Below, piece after piece: positions 11,353-21,494 of a DNA stretch of 64,000 nt (its first letter is position 1; each line of letters starts with the position of its first letter). The translations under genes were made by a program, and so were the position numbers. Location: assembly GCA_965237905.1 (NCBI GenBank), contig OZ250172.1, positions 832,001 to 896,000 on the forward strand. The letters are read 5' to 3'. The stretch is from Nitrospinaceae bacterium. Its GTDB lineage: Bacteria > Nitrospinota > Nitrospinia > Nitrospinales > Nitrospinaceae. The notes below the pieces were generated by a model. It was not told the origin of the DNA, ran no database searches, and saw only the letters and a program-made list of their open reading frames with translations.

Positions 11353-12126
11353 TTAATTCCTCTTGTTCAAATCCCAGTTGTAATCCAGATAGGAAACATC
11401 GAGGTTCCCCTTTTTCAAGAAAGACCGGTCTTTCTCCGGTACGTAGCGGGAGAGAAACGGCAGGACGCCGCCCTTTGGTTCAAAGTCTTCCTCGAACCAG
11501 TCGAAAATTTTTGAGAGAGTCACCCGCCCTTTGCCACGGTCGACCTGGAGTCCTTTGCTTCTGTTTTCCAGAAACCGTTTGAACTGATCGTCGAGTTGCG
11601 CGTCCAGACGGTCCGCCGTATACGCTTCGGTGCGCAGGTCGGGACAACTCACCGAAGCGCAAACGATGGCGACATGGATGCGTGGGTCTCCCATCTTCCG
11701 TAAAATTTCGTGCTCGATGTCGTTGAGGGTGACCTCCTTACCGCCGACCACGCCCACCTTTTTCTTCCAGACCGATTCAAATACGCCCCCGGCATCCTTG
11801 ATGCTGTCCACCGGGTAATGGTCTACCACCATTTTGACTGCCATGATGTTGTAGACGTTGATCCAGAAGGTCATTTTCTCTTTGGGAGTCTTCAGCGTGG
11901 CGGGAGAAAACGATTTCAGGTCCGCGATCAGTTTCGAATACGCCGGGTCTTTCTTGATACCGGGATAATTGACCCCGGCGAGCCGAACGCCTGCAATCGT
12001 TGTCGGTCCCACGTGTTTTTTCACCAATCCGTCCCATGCTTTGAAATCGAAGGCCCAAGCCGAGGACGGGGCCAGCATGATACAGACGATCAACACCCAG
12101 AACTTTTCAAAGAAAATACGCTTCAT
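11353..12126 (-). CDS. DUF547-domain exported protein
   Basis: Signal peptide, FWINVYN, DPRIHVAIVCASVSCP, LSKIFDWF and YNWDLN; start 12126 chosen from the upstream GAGGA RBS. Confidence 0.85.
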   Translation of the reverse strand: MKRIFFEKFWVLIVCIMLAPSSAWAFDFKAWDGLVKKHVGPTTIAGVRLAGVNYPGIKKDPAYSKLIADLKSFSPATLKTPKEKMTFWINVYNIMAVKMVVDHYPVDSIKDAGGVFESVWKKKVGVVGGKEVTLNDIEHEILRKMGDPRIHVAIVCASVSCPDLRTEAYTADRLDAQLDDQFKRFLENRSKGLQVDRGKGRVTLSKIFDWFEEDFEPKGGVLPFLSRYVPEKDRSFLKKGNLDVSYLDYNWDLNKRN

Positions 12127-12277
12127 GGATATCCTCAAATCCTTTAACTGCATTTTAATATTTAAACGGTATAATGACATGAATGAGTCTCCCAGGGCGA
12201 ACGGTAATTTAATTCATAGAAATGGTTCCCTGTTTAGTCCCTTCCGGAAGAGTTCCCTTACACTTTTTTGATCACGC

Positions 12278-13123
12278 ATGAATCCCGACCCCAAAGAATT
12301 ACTGTACGTTTCCGATCTGGACGGCACCCTGCTGGATATGCACGGCGATTTCCCCCGTCCCTGGGTGGACCGCCTGAACCGCCTGATCGACCGAGGCCTG
12401 AAGTTCACCATCGCCACGGCCCGCAACTACGATTCGGCCCACCCCATTTTACACGAGGTGAACCTGCAACTGCCGGTCATCCTGTTCAACGGGGCGTACC
12501 TGACCCATTTCCGGACCGGGGAGAATCTGGAGCAGTCCAATTATATCGAGCGCGACGTGGTCTATGAACTGCTGGAGTTGACCGCCCCGCTGGAGCAGGA
12601 CCCGTTCGTCTATACCTTCGATGAGCGGCACCGCCTGTATTACCGGAACGCCACCAATGAGGGCTCGCAAGCCTATTTGAAAAGCCTGGAGGGCGACGGC
12701 CGCCTGCACTATGTCGATGAATATCAATTCACCGACGGCGAACAAATTGCCGGCCTTCTGCTGATCGATACCCCGGCGGTGCTGGACCCCGTTCACCGGC
12801 AACTGCGGAAACGGTTCCCGGATAATCTCAACCTGTACTTCGCGAAAGATATCGCCCGACCCAAATTTCACTGGCTGCAAATGTTCCACCACCACGCCGA
12901 CAAGGGCAAAATGCTGCGCACCCTGTCCCAGCATCTGGATACCCCTCTATCCCAAATCGTGGTGTTCGGCGATTACCTCAACGACCTTGAAATGTTTGAG
13001 ATTGCCGGGAAATCGATCGCCGTCGGCAACGCCCTGCCGGAGGTGCAAGCCGTGGCCCATCAGGTGATCGGCACCAACGCCAGGGGCGCGGTGCTGGACT
13101 ATCTGGAATCCCTCGGATTCTGA
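12278..13123 (+). CDS. Cof-type HAD-IIB hydrolase
   Basis: SDLDGTLL, ATAR and FGDYLNDLEMF motifs. Confidence 0.9.
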   Translation: MNPDPKELLYVSDLDGTLLDMHGDFPRPWVDRLNRLIDRGLKFTIATARNYDSAHPILHEVNLQLPVILFNGAYLTHFRTGENLEQSNYIERDVVYELLELTAPLEQDPFVYTFDERHRLYYRNATNEGSQAYLKSLEGDGRLHYVDEYQFTDGEQIAGLLLIDTPAVLDPVHRQLRKRFPDNLNLYFAKDIARPKFHWLQMFHHHADKGKMLRTLSQHLDTPLSQIVVFGDYLNDLEMFEIAGKSIAVGNALPEVQAVAHQVIGTNARGAVLDYLESLGF

Positions 13124-13334
13124 TAATAACTGGACCCTGCGAAGCGTATTGGGGTAGAATTGACAGGAATACAAAATAATTAACCACAGATGAACACAGA
13201 TCAACACAGATAAAAACTCAATACTCCCTCCCTTACCAAGGGGAGGGCTGTTTTGGTCTTCCCTGATCCTTGTTCTCTGTTCAAGGTTTTTCTGATTTTA
13301 TCCTGTTATCCTGTCAAATTTTCAGGTGTTTAAA

Positions 13335-13985
13335 ATGACTGATAAAGACCAACCGCAAGAACCCGAAAAGACCGTCTACGAACGCGACAAAACGGCGAAG
13401 GAACCGAAGGTCGCCGACCGCCCGGAAGGCGAAGCACCGAAGCGTCCCGTCGTCAAGCCGCGCAAAGTGTTCCAGGCGAAGAAGGTCAAAATTCAGTCGA
13501 AGAAACCGCTGGAGCATCGCGTCCGCCATATCCGGGTGTCCAGCGAGGAGGCGGCCAACCTGATCCGGCAAATTCTGGTGGATTTTCAAAATGATCTGGC
13601 CGCGGAACCGACGGACGATCCGGATAAGGAATATCAGGACTACGATAAGATCGAAAAGTTTTTCGCACGCCTGGCGAGAAAATACAGCGTGTGCACCTCC
13701 AAAGCCGTGGGCGGCGATCTGGAATGGATCTACCCCAAGATGCCGAAAATTGAAGGCATGTTGACCACGGACCTGCGCGACGAAATCCTGAAATGCGAAA
13801 AGTTTGTGTTCCTCGAACCCATCAAATCCAAACTCGGCTACCACATCGTGTTGGTGTGTGAAACGCAGATTTGCAAAAAGATCGTGGAAGAACAGGAAAA
13901 ACTCGACCCGCGCTACGAAGCCCTCGCCGCCAAAGACGCCCCCCGTGTCCAGGCCCCTCCATCAAGCATGGATATTCCTTCCTGA
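13335..13985 (+). CDS. Parvulin/PpiC-like peptidyl-prolyl isomerase domain protein
   Basis: RVRHI, FARLARKYS-C-SKAVGGDLEW and PIKSKLGYHIV rotamase motifs. Confidence 0.75.
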   Translation: MTDKDQPQEPEKTVYERDKTAKEPKVADRPEGEAPKRPVVKPRKVFQAKKVKIQSKKPLEHRVRHIRVSSEEAANLIRQILVDFQNDLAAEPTDDPDKEYQDYDKIEKFFARLARKYSVCTSKAVGGDLEWIYPKMPKIEGMLTTDLRDEILKCEKFVFLEPIKSKLGYHIVLVCETQICKKIVEEQEKLDPRYEALAAKDAPRVQAPPSSMDIPS

Positions 13986-14004
13986 CGTAGCAAGACAAAA
14001 CCAA

Positions 14005-14450
14005 TTGACCACAGATGAACACAGATAAACACAGATAAAAACCTGTCACCCTGAGCCTGTCGAAGGGCGGCAGGTTTTGTCATTCTGAGCGTTAGCGAAG
14101 AATCTATGTTTAGGTATGTTTTAAATAGGAAAGGTTATCAACCACCCCTGGCCCCTCCTTGAAAAGGAGGGGAGGAGCATAAAGCATTCATCGATGTTTA
14201 TCTGTGGTTAATTTGGGTCCAGCGTCACGCTGGTCAAGTTTTAAACAGGAAAAGAAGACCGGCGAGGACGATGACCGCCAGCGTTCCGTATCCCATGATC
14301 TTCAGCATCTTGTCGCTTTCCACCTGTCCGCTCCTCTAAAGTTGTTTGCTCCCCCTTCTCCGAAAGCCTGTCCTGAGCTTGCCGAAGGAGGGGCAGGGGG
14401 GCTTCTTTAGTTGCTCCCCTCCTTTTCAAGGAGGGGCTGGGGGTGGTTTT
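14005..14450. repeat. Cluster of REP-like short palindromic modules
   Basis: accacagatgaacacagat (also ~13183), cctgagcctgtcgaaggg, gtcattctgagcgttagcgaagaatct, cccctccttgaaaaggagggg, ccagcgtcacgctgg and cccctccttttcaaggagggg. Confidence 0.7.
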
Positions 14451-14536
14451 CCCTCATCTTTTCTAATTAAATTCTTTTGTAGTTGCTCGATTCATCGAGC
14501 GACTTAAAAACCAACCTCTCATCCGAGTAAAAATAA

Positions 14537-14720
14537 CCATCCCCTCTCCCCTCACGGGAAGCACCCACGGGGTGACGGGCAGGGTGAGGGGTGGTTTGGT
14601 CCATGCCCTTGATAAGGTTTATTTTTTAAAGCCCCCTCACCTTAATCCTCTCCCCCTGGGGAGAGGAGACATCAAGCACGTCACCCTGCCGCCGGAAACG
14701 GCGTCTTATGCAAAGCTCCC
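14537..14720 (+). repeat. ~190-bp REP/MITE-like element, copy 1
   Basis: Near-identical to the reverse complement of 22980-23178; carries cccctctcccctc/gggtgagggg hairpin arms. Confidence 0.8.
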
Positions 14721-14777
14721 CTTACCAAGGGGAGGCCAGGCTAGGCCTGGAGCAAAATTCATCCGGGCGTGGCCCGG

Positions 14778-15107
14778 TTAGAAATTGATCTTCGAATTCA
14801 TCTGGTTTTTGAGGATGAGTTCCGCCGCCGTATAATATTTCTTGTCACTGTTGCATGGCTCGCACGCAACGACCAAATTACCCTTGGTACTCTTGCCGCC
14901 GCGCGACAGGGGCACGATGTGGTCCATCGTGAGATCCTTCTTCGCAAAAGTCTTCGCGCAATAATGACACTCGCCCTTTTCGAGCAGGTTCTGCCACCAC
15001 ACCGACGCCTTGAGCGTCTTCCCCTTTTCCTTTTCCCGCTTGATGCTCTCCGGGCTCGGCGCTGCGGGCTCTCCGCCCTTCTTACTGCGTTGTCGTTTCG
15101 CCATCAT
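14778..15107 (-). CDS. Small HNH endonuclease-domain protein
   Basis: CHYC...TMDHIVPLSRGG...NLVVACEPCNSDK. Confidence 0.9.
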   Translation of the reverse strand: MMAKRQRSKKGGEPAAPSPESIKREKEKGKTLKASVWWQNLLEKGECHYCAKTFAKKDLTMDHIVPLSRGGKSTKGNLVVACEPCNSDKKYYTAAELILKNQMNSKINF

Positions 15108-15178
15108 AAAACCGTTTCAGATCAAAAGGATTCATATTCAGCCAAACCTCATGCACCGTCGCGGAGCGACCGCCCTTC

Positions 15179-15655
15179 TTACTGCGCTGTTTTCTCGTGG
15201 CCATAAGTCCGTATCAGTTTAAAAGGGTTCATATTCAACCGCACCGCCCGCACCGTAGCCGACAAACTGCCCTGCGGAAACCAGAAATTCTCGCCCACGT
15301 CGAAGCCGAAACCCATCGCGCCGGAAAGCCGCGTCTGCCAGGTCCAGAAACAACTGCCGTACCCGATCTCGAAGATGGGATCGATGTGCAAGACATACGT
15401 GCGGCCGCGCGACTCGAACTCATGCTTGAGCTCGTACACGCTTTGCAGTTCCAGCTTGTTGGGCAAACGCCAGTCGGTATGCCCGCCCAGTTGTTTGCGG
15501 TTGAGTTCCTCGACATATTTCCCGGCGTCGTACCAGTTGACGTAGTTCCCCGTCTCGGAGTAGCCGTAGCTCTCCTGCCACATCAACCCGGTCACAGAAT
15601 CGGTCAGCGTGCCGTCGCCGTTGTCGGTATAACGCTCAATGCTGCGCTCGGTCAT
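15179..15655 (-). CDS. DUF1566 (Lcl C-terminal-like) domain protein
   Basis: RYTDNGDGTLTDSVTGLMWQ, DWRLPNKLEL and VRAVR; start overlaps the stop of the upstream gene. Confidence 0.85.
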   Translation of the reverse strand: MTERSIERYTDNGDGTLTDSVTGLMWQESYGYSETGNYVNWYDAGKYVEELNRKQLGGHTDWRLPNKLELQSVYELKHEFESRGRTYVLHIDPIFEIGYGSCFWTWQTRLSGAMGFGFDVGENFWFPQGSLSATVRAVRLNMNPFKLIRTYGHEKTAQ

Positions 15656-15996
15656 GCCAGGCGTTCCAGCGGGGATTGACGCTCGAAGGTGTAGCCGCAG
15701 GTGTCGATATCGCTCGGCGCATCCGGGTACTTGAGGCACAGCAGGGGTTTTTCGGGCGAGTTGTGGACCTTGCATTGATTATCTTCCGTCAATTGACTGC
15801 ACGGGATATCGACCGCGTAAAACAGCGCGTTGCCCGCCACGTCCTCCCCCACCACCCGGATGCCCCGGTAGCCGAGGTAACGCTCCAGTTCCTCCCGATT
15901 GCCATGCTGGCGCAGAGTCACATCCCGCACCACCGTTAGATTCACCGTCCTGCAACACTCGCCGCATTGATGACATTCACCTGTTCGATTGAGCAT
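15652..15996 (-). CDS. YkgJ-family cysteine-cluster protein
   Basis: CHQCGECC...CSQL...CKVH...KPLLCLKYP pattern. Confidence 0.85.
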   Translation of the reverse strand: MLNRTGECHQCGECCRTVNLTVVRDVTLRQHGNREELERYLGYRGIRVVGEDVAGNALFYAVDIPCSQLTEDNQCKVHNSPEKPLLCLKYPDAPSDIDTCGYTFERQSPLERLA

Positions 15997-16235
15997 ACTA
16001 TTGTTCCTGTTAGGGTTTCCCGAGATCATATCCTAGCATAACTTACAGGAGAAACAGCGGGAGACCAGGCGCTAGTAGTGTCTCAGCTTGAAATCGAATG
16101 TCCCCGAACGGCCAAAAGCGGATATTCTGCTCGGGTTGAAATACTTTCCTGCTCATATCCGACTTCCATGTATCAAGTTTTAGGCCCAAATCCTAACACA
16201 ACACCTGGACCGGTTTTTGGGGGGCGGGTCAGTCA

Positions 16236-17186
16236 TCAGATAAATGTACCGCCAGCGGAATGAAACAGAGCGCTCGCCTTGTTGAGTCGGTCCAGCTGAT
16301 CGGAAGTAAGCGTAATTTCCCCGGCAGCACAAAATTCCTTCACCTGATCCACTTTGCGTGACCCTACCACAGCGGTGGTGATATTCTTTTGCTGGATCAC
16401 CCATGCGAGTGCAACGTTGATGGGGGCCGTATTGATTTCTTGTGCAATTTCCTGAACAGTGTGGCGCACGGTTTGCGAATCACCTAAATGAGGCTGCCAA
16501 TACAGGTAATATTCCTTGCGGGAGGGTGCCTTTAGGGCCTCTTCATCGAGTCGACCGGCTAGTAGACCACGGGCACTGGGCGAACACGCCATGTAACCGA
16601 TACCGGCTCTTTCACATTTTTTTAAATGCTCTCCTTCGTACTCGCGCTGAAGCAGGTTATAAGGAACCTGATTGACGGTGAACAACGAGGCGGCGCCTGC
16701 CATCAGGCCAATGTCTATCGCCCGGAAATTCGAGATACCTACGGTACGGGCCTTGCCACTTTCTTTGAGGGCAGCCATGATGTCGCACATCTTCCCGGTC
16801 TTTAGCATGGTGTCTAAATACATGCCCGGCCAGTGGACCAGATACACATCGACATAATCCCGCCCAAGCGCTTTCAACGTACCCTCAAGACGCGACTGGT
16901 AAGCCTCGAGTGTCAATCCGGCATCGGGCCAGATTTTGGAAACGATGAGGACATCGTTTTTGCGGGAGCCCAGGGCTTTGCCGAGGCGGCGCTCGGATTC
17001 CCCGTCGCCAAAACCCTCGGCGGTATCAAACGCCATGATGCCGCCCTCCAGGGCGGTCTTCACCACCCGGTCGGCCTCTTCTACCGAACACACGTCCCCC
17101 CAACCTTCGCTGGGGGCAATCTGCCAGCAGCCAAAGGTGAGGGCCGTCCAGGGGATATCAAGTCCTTCGACTTTTATTGAACGCAT
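16236..17186 (-). CDS. Aldo/keto reductase
   Basis: FGCWQI, FDTAEGFG, SKIW, DVYLVHWP and GISNF motifs; ATG at 17186. Confidence 0.9.
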   Translation of the reverse strand: MRSIKVEGLDIPWTALTFGCWQIAPSEGWGDVCSVEEADRVVKTALEGGIMAFDTAEGFGDGESERRLGKALGSRKNDVLIVSKIWPDAGLTLEAYQSRLEGTLKALGRDYVDVYLVHWPGMYLDTMLKTGKMCDIMAALKESGKARTVGISNFRAIDIGLMAGAASLFTVNQVPYNLLQREYEGEHLKKCERAGIGYMACSPSARGLLAGRLDEEALKAPSRKEYYLYWQPHLGDSQTVRHTVQEIAQEINTAPINVALAWVIQQKNITTAVVGSRKVDQVKEFCAAGEITLTSDQLDRLNKASALFHSAGGTFI

Positions 17187-17341
17187 TATTTCACAATCAG
17201 CGTAAAACGCCGGTAGCTGAGGTAACGTTCCAACTCCTCCCGATTGCCGTGCTGACGCAGAGTCACATCCCGCACCACCGTCATATTTACCGTCCTGCAG
17301 CACTCGCCACACCCGTGGCACTCACCTGTTCTATTTAACAT
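17186..17341 (-). pseudogene. Truncated 5' duplicate of the ykgJ-like gene (51 aa)
   Basis: MLNRTGECHGCGECCRTVNMTVVRDVTLRQHGNREELERYLSYRRFTLIVK* is nearly identical to the first ~44 aa encoded at 15652-15996. Confidence 0.8.
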
Positions 17342-17405
17342 CATATCCTCGAATAGTTTAAAAAATAGATAAATTTAAAAGACCGCCAAGGTTTAATAGA
17401 AACCC

Positions 17406-20400
17406 CTATATAGACCACCAAGCCTCTTGTTCTTCATCTTCATCGCGGGCAGCAGCTTTTTCAAGGCCCAGTTGATGAAGGATTTGTTGCGCCCATATAC
17501 GTACACGTTTAACCGGATGGTTTTCTAATTCTTTGAAAGGAAGTTCATAAAGCTCAAAGTATTTTGTGCGCGAACCAGACCAACCGTATGAGTATATATT
17601 TCTATTTATTCCATTTAATACATTTTCCCTATCACCAAATTCATCTAACAGGCGGCGAGTAACAGGATGAATCGTTCGATCAGGAGCATCGGGATCCCTT
17701 GAAGAGAGAACCGGGGCTACAACAGAAACAAAAGCCGGGGCTTTTTCAGGGTTGGCATGGCACCAGGCAAATAGAGTGTCTTCCGGTAAGTTCAAAATTG
17801 CGGGATTAGGTTGTTTACTGAACGAATGCTTGTCTCCAAGGAGATACTCAAACTTCCATATAAATTTTTTGTTGGAAATTATAGCTTGGCCTATGAGCGG
17901 CCATGAAATTTCAGGAAAGTCGGCTAGCAATTGTGGAATAAGAGGTTTAATCAATTCTTCTCCGCCAGAATCAACTGAATGAATGAGTTGACGTGTTAGA
18001 GATAGGGCTATTTTTCGAGCTGTTGAATTTCCCCGCCCTTTATCCAAAACCCATTTCATTATTTCTTCGAAATGGTGACCATCCATGTGTGACCGACCAC
18101 CATTTTCAGCCTTAGTACTTGCTTTTTCCGCAGCAAGAAAAATTTGAGGTGTAAGGTCCTCCAACACATGTTTTCGTGAAAAAGCATACATCCCCATAAG
18201 ATTTATGCCTACTAAATAAGCGTCCTTTCCCATTTCAAATAAAATTTCAAAAAGTGGAGCAACATGTGGTGCTGGGAGCTCAGCAAGCTTTCCACCGCCA
18301 CTCCATACCATAAGGTGCCAAGGATTTATTAGCCTTGAAATTAGCGCCTTTAAAACTAGAGGAATATCGCTTGGTTTTATATCAATTTGCCAACAAATGG
18401 AAGGAAGGGCAACCGCGAGGTCAGATGACACGGAAGCTTTTTGTTTAAAATCTTCTACAACATCAGGGTTTGTTTTAACAAGGCTTGATAAATAACCTGA
18501 TAAAAATTCAAAATTTCTTTCTTCTTTATTAATGGATGTTAGGGCAGCGATTATAGAATCAAGAAAAGATACAGGATCATCAATTTTTTCTGAAATAGCA
18601 TACCCAAATACCGCTGCCATACGTTGTTGGCCTTTGATCACCTGGGGGAGGCATGTTCTTAAATCTTCAATATTTTTCGAAAGTTCTCCGGCTAGAACTT
18701 CCACATCCTCTTTTTGCCGTTTGTTTTGTTCTTCATAAGAAAGCTTTTTGTCACATGGATAGTCCCACGGCATTTCTGTGACAAGGGAGCGCACACGATC
18801 AATCAATGCTTCCGGTTGTAGCCTGCTGATTAACTCCTGTACTTTCTGAATAATTTCCTTTTCTAATCCCTCTTTATCATAAACTAAAACATGACCCAGA
18901 CTTTCATAAGCCTCTGGCCAATATGTACCATGAATGGAACTAACATCTTTGATAGCTTTCTCGACAATATGCATCAAATTCCGTGTTGCTAGCGACCTGA
19001 ACTTATGGCCCAAGCCTTTTCCTGCTAATCTCCCCACTTCATCTTTTCTTTGGGCAAGTGTGATTAGTCGATTGCAACATTCTTCAATATAATTCCAAAC
19101 TTCGCCCCAAGTTTCAGGTTGCCATGGCTCCAGCGCAGGACGGCTGCCGTGTGTTTCAGAACCTACGGATCGGGAGAAATGATCCATTTGTGCGCCTTGG
19201 AGTAAAGCTTCGACAATAATCAATAGCCGTCCTTCTTCCTCTGTGTTCAATGCATCTCCAATAAACCTTAGGCGTCTTTCACCATCAGCAGCAGTATCAC
19301 CTAAATATACAGGAAAAAGTGATTTGAATTGTCCCGTTGCATTATTAGAATAATTTTCGTTTTCCGCAACGGCAAGGTCCAGCATCAACTTGGCTCCTCG
19401 TTCAAACGTATCAGGATCAAAACATACTTTATCTAAAGCCCAGACGATGTGACGCCTAGTATCATTGTCAATACTGATTAATTTTTCGCAAGAAAGATTT
19501 CCAATAATCCTCTCAAGCAATGTTACAGCTGCTTCAGTATCTATTTCTGCCAAATTGGAAAAAAATTCTGAATGCCCCGGCTTGGCTAGACTTTCAAGAG
19601 AATCAAAGGGACCACCTCTTCTTAATAAATGCCTACCAATCGTACTACCAAGGTCAGTGGTGTTTAGCAGTTTAAGTTGTGACGCGGCTCTCTTTTTAAG
19701 CCCTTCTGGCAAAGATCCTTCAATGATATTATCCCAATCATCCTTCCCCCACTCACCCCAAAGTTTTTCAGCTAAGTTCAAAGCTACAGGACGGGGCTGA
19801 ATCATAAAGCTCTTTCCTTTGGTTTGCACGATCCCACGATCTACCAACCTTCTTATTGCTGAACGCATTGCTTCAGGGCTCAAATTACGACCAAGTTTTG
19901 AGACCGTTCCGATTTCGCTATCATAGATAATTCCAAAAATACTTAAGATCTGGGCACCCCGAAAAAGAATATCCGCTTCCACTTGATCACGTCCTATGAT
20001 AATTGCTTTTGCAATGTCTTCAGGAGCGTAAGCAACTGGAATATTCTGAACCCCAACCTGCCCCAATAAAACCGCGATTTTTGGAAAACCTTGGGAGAAT
20101 CGTACAAGCCGCCTAAAATCCTCATCAGGTTGACCGCTATTGATGGCTTTTAAGATTCCCTCGATTACGGCTTGGTCAGCTAGCCCTACAATAACTCTGC
20201 CTTCACCCTCTAAAAAAGGAGGCTCATTATCAATAGTAACAAGCGACAGAAGACTTTCCTGCCTTTGGACAACATTGGATAGATCTAAATGGGTTTGTGC
20301 ATCACAATGATCGACAACAATGATAACCTCTGTAGGAGAGTCGGCAAGATTCTGAACCGCGAGTTTTACCGCAATGCTCCCGGCCATCTGTTCATCAATA

Positions 20401-21455
20401 TAAAGTGCCCGTTCACTTAACTGGAATGAAGAATCACTGCTGGATTCTTTAGTGTCCAAGGTCTCTAAGACAAGACGTGATTTACCTACTCCTGGAGGGC
20501 CAAGAACACGTGCAACACCTTTTGGGTGGTCAATAATAGGAAGCAATTTTTGGCGCAGATCTATACGGCGAGGATCTTCAACCCAGGGAGTGCTGTGCTC
20601 AGGACTGGTTTTCCAGTAGGACCAAGTTTTAAATTTACCAATAGCGCCATGCTCGGTTTGTTCCAAGAGCCAAACTGCAACAGAAGTATGAGTATTGACC
20701 CACTCAGCAATTTGGCTTGAATCCCAAAAAGCCACTTGCCAATCGTCAATCTTTAGCCCAGCTTCCTTTAGGGAAGCACGAATGGACTTCTCCTTTTTTA
20801 TAATTTCTTCCTTAGTGTAAGAGTGGGCGCAAAGCAGAGTGTAACTTCCTCCAGCCTCTAGCATGGAGAGCACCATGGGTTTTATTTTCCCATCAGGTTT
20901 CAGAATTTCCTTGCCAACTTTTTTATTGTCAACTTTACCTGATTTCAGTTGAAACTGATTTAAGCGATGACGCAAATAACGAGTTTTTTCCGGGCCCCCT
21001 GTCCATACAATTCTCCCATCTTCTCCACCATCAGGCGCTGTTATATTTTCAGCCACGTGAATACCATCTCCTGGAATAGAGTGGGCATAGGCTTCTGCCG
21101 CTAATAGTCGTCTCATGAGCAGAGGAAACTTGTCTGCAGATAGCTCAGCAACATGTTTTCCGCTGACTTCAAAAGGTGACCTCCCTCCTTTTGTTGTAGA
21201 TTCCCTTGTTTTTCCAGTTAGGATTTTAAGTGACGCTGGGTTTGTTTCCAGAATTTTTAAAAGGTTTATTACGGCAGCAGCCGGCTTAATAGCCCCAGAC
21301 TCATATTTTGTGAATGCCCGCGGACCACCGCCAATCAATTCTCCAGCCTCAACTTGGGAAAGGCCAAGGCCTTCCCGAATTGTTTTAATACGTTTCGGAG
21401 ACAAATTTTCCTTTTTATTGTTTTCTAAATCACTTTTTCCGTTTTTCATAACCAT
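17406..21455 (-). CDS. MqsA-type HTH + PD-(D/E)xK-like nuclease + P-loop NTPase + helical-repeat fusion (candidate STAND/Avs-like defence protein)
   Basis: LGLSQVEAGELIGGGPRAFTKYESG HTH; APDGGEDG...FQLKS; Walker A GPPGVGKS; Walker B-like VIIVVD; long helical C-terminus; visibly AT-richer than its flanks. Confidence 0.7.
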   Translation of the reverse strand: MVMKNGKSDLENNKKENLSPKRIKTIREGLGLSQVEAGELIGGGPRAFTKYESGAIKPAAAVINLLKILETNPASLKILTGKTRESTTKGGRSPFEVSGKHVAELSADKFPLLMRRLLAAEAYAHSIPGDGIHVAENITAPDGGEDGRIVWTGGPEKTRYLRHRLNQFQLKSGKVDNKKVGKEILKPDGKIKPMVLSMLEAGGSYTLLCAHSYTKEEIIKKEKSIRASLKEAGLKIDDWQVAFWDSSQIAEWVNTHTSVAVWLLEQTEHGAIGKFKTWSYWKTSPEHSTPWVEDPRRIDLRQKLLPIIDHPKGVARVLGPPGVGKSRLVLETLDTKESSSDSSFQLSERALYIDEQMAGSIAVKLAVQNLADSPTEVIIVVDHCDAQTHLDLSNVVQRQESLLSLVTIDNEPPFLEGEGRVIVGLADQAVIEGILKAINSGQPDEDFRRLVRFSQGFPKIAVLLGQVGVQNIPVAYAPEDIAKAIIIGRDQVEADILFRGAQILSIFGIIYDSEIGTVSKLGRNLSPEAMRSAIRRLVDRGIVQTKGKSFMIQPRPVALNLAEKLWGEWGKDDWDNIIEGSLPEGLKKRAASQLKLLNTTDLGSTIGRHLLRRGGPFDSLESLAKPGHSEFFSNLAEIDTEAAVTLLERIIGNLSCEKLISIDNDTRRHIVWALDKVCFDPDTFERGAKLMLDLAVAENENYSNNATGQFKSLFPVYLGDTAADGERRLRFIGDALNTEEEGRLLIIVEALLQGAQMDHFSRSVGSETHGSRPALEPWQPETWGEVWNYIEECCNRLITLAQRKDEVGRLAGKGLGHKFRSLATRNLMHIVEKAIKDVSSIHGTYWPEAYESLGHVLVYDKEGLEKEIIQKVQELISRLQPEALIDRVRSLVTEMPWDYPCDKKLSYEEQNKRQKEDVEVLAGELSKNIEDLRTCLPQVIKGQQRMAAVFGYAISEKIDDPVSFLDSIIAALTSINKEERNFEFLSGYLSSLVKTNPDVVEDFKQKASVSSDLAVALPSICWQIDIKPSDIPLVLKALISRLINPWHLMVWSGGGKLAELPAPHVAPLFEILFEMGKDAYLVGINLMGMYAFSRKHVLEDLTPQIFLAAEKASTKAENGGRSHMDGHHFEEIMKWVLDKGRGNSTARKIALSLTRQLIHSVDSGGEELIKPLIPQLLADFPEISWPLIGQAIISNKKFIWKFEYLLGDKHSFSKQPNPAILNLPEDTLFAWCHANPEKAPAFVSVVAPVLSSRDPDAPDRTIHPVTRRLLDEFGDRENVLNGINRNIYSYGWSGSRTKYFELYELPFKELENHPVKRVRIWAQQILHQLGLEKAAARDEDEEQEAWWSI

Positions 21456-21494
21456 AGTGACCCTATTTTGAATTTCTTTCTCACGTCAGTATTT

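Noticed and set aside
13180..14780. Clustered short repeats as a CRISPR array
   Set aside because: No constant repeat with regular unique spacers and no cas genes; the modules are heterogeneous REP-like hairpins
14204..14781. Small ORFs inside repeat regions (also 23006-23438)
   Set aside because: Translations of REP-like palindromes with no coding signal
16236..17321. ORF-track N-terminal extension of the aldo/keto reductase
   Set aside because: The extension is an alternate-frame reading of the ykgJ-like fragment; ATG 17186 fits AKR length better
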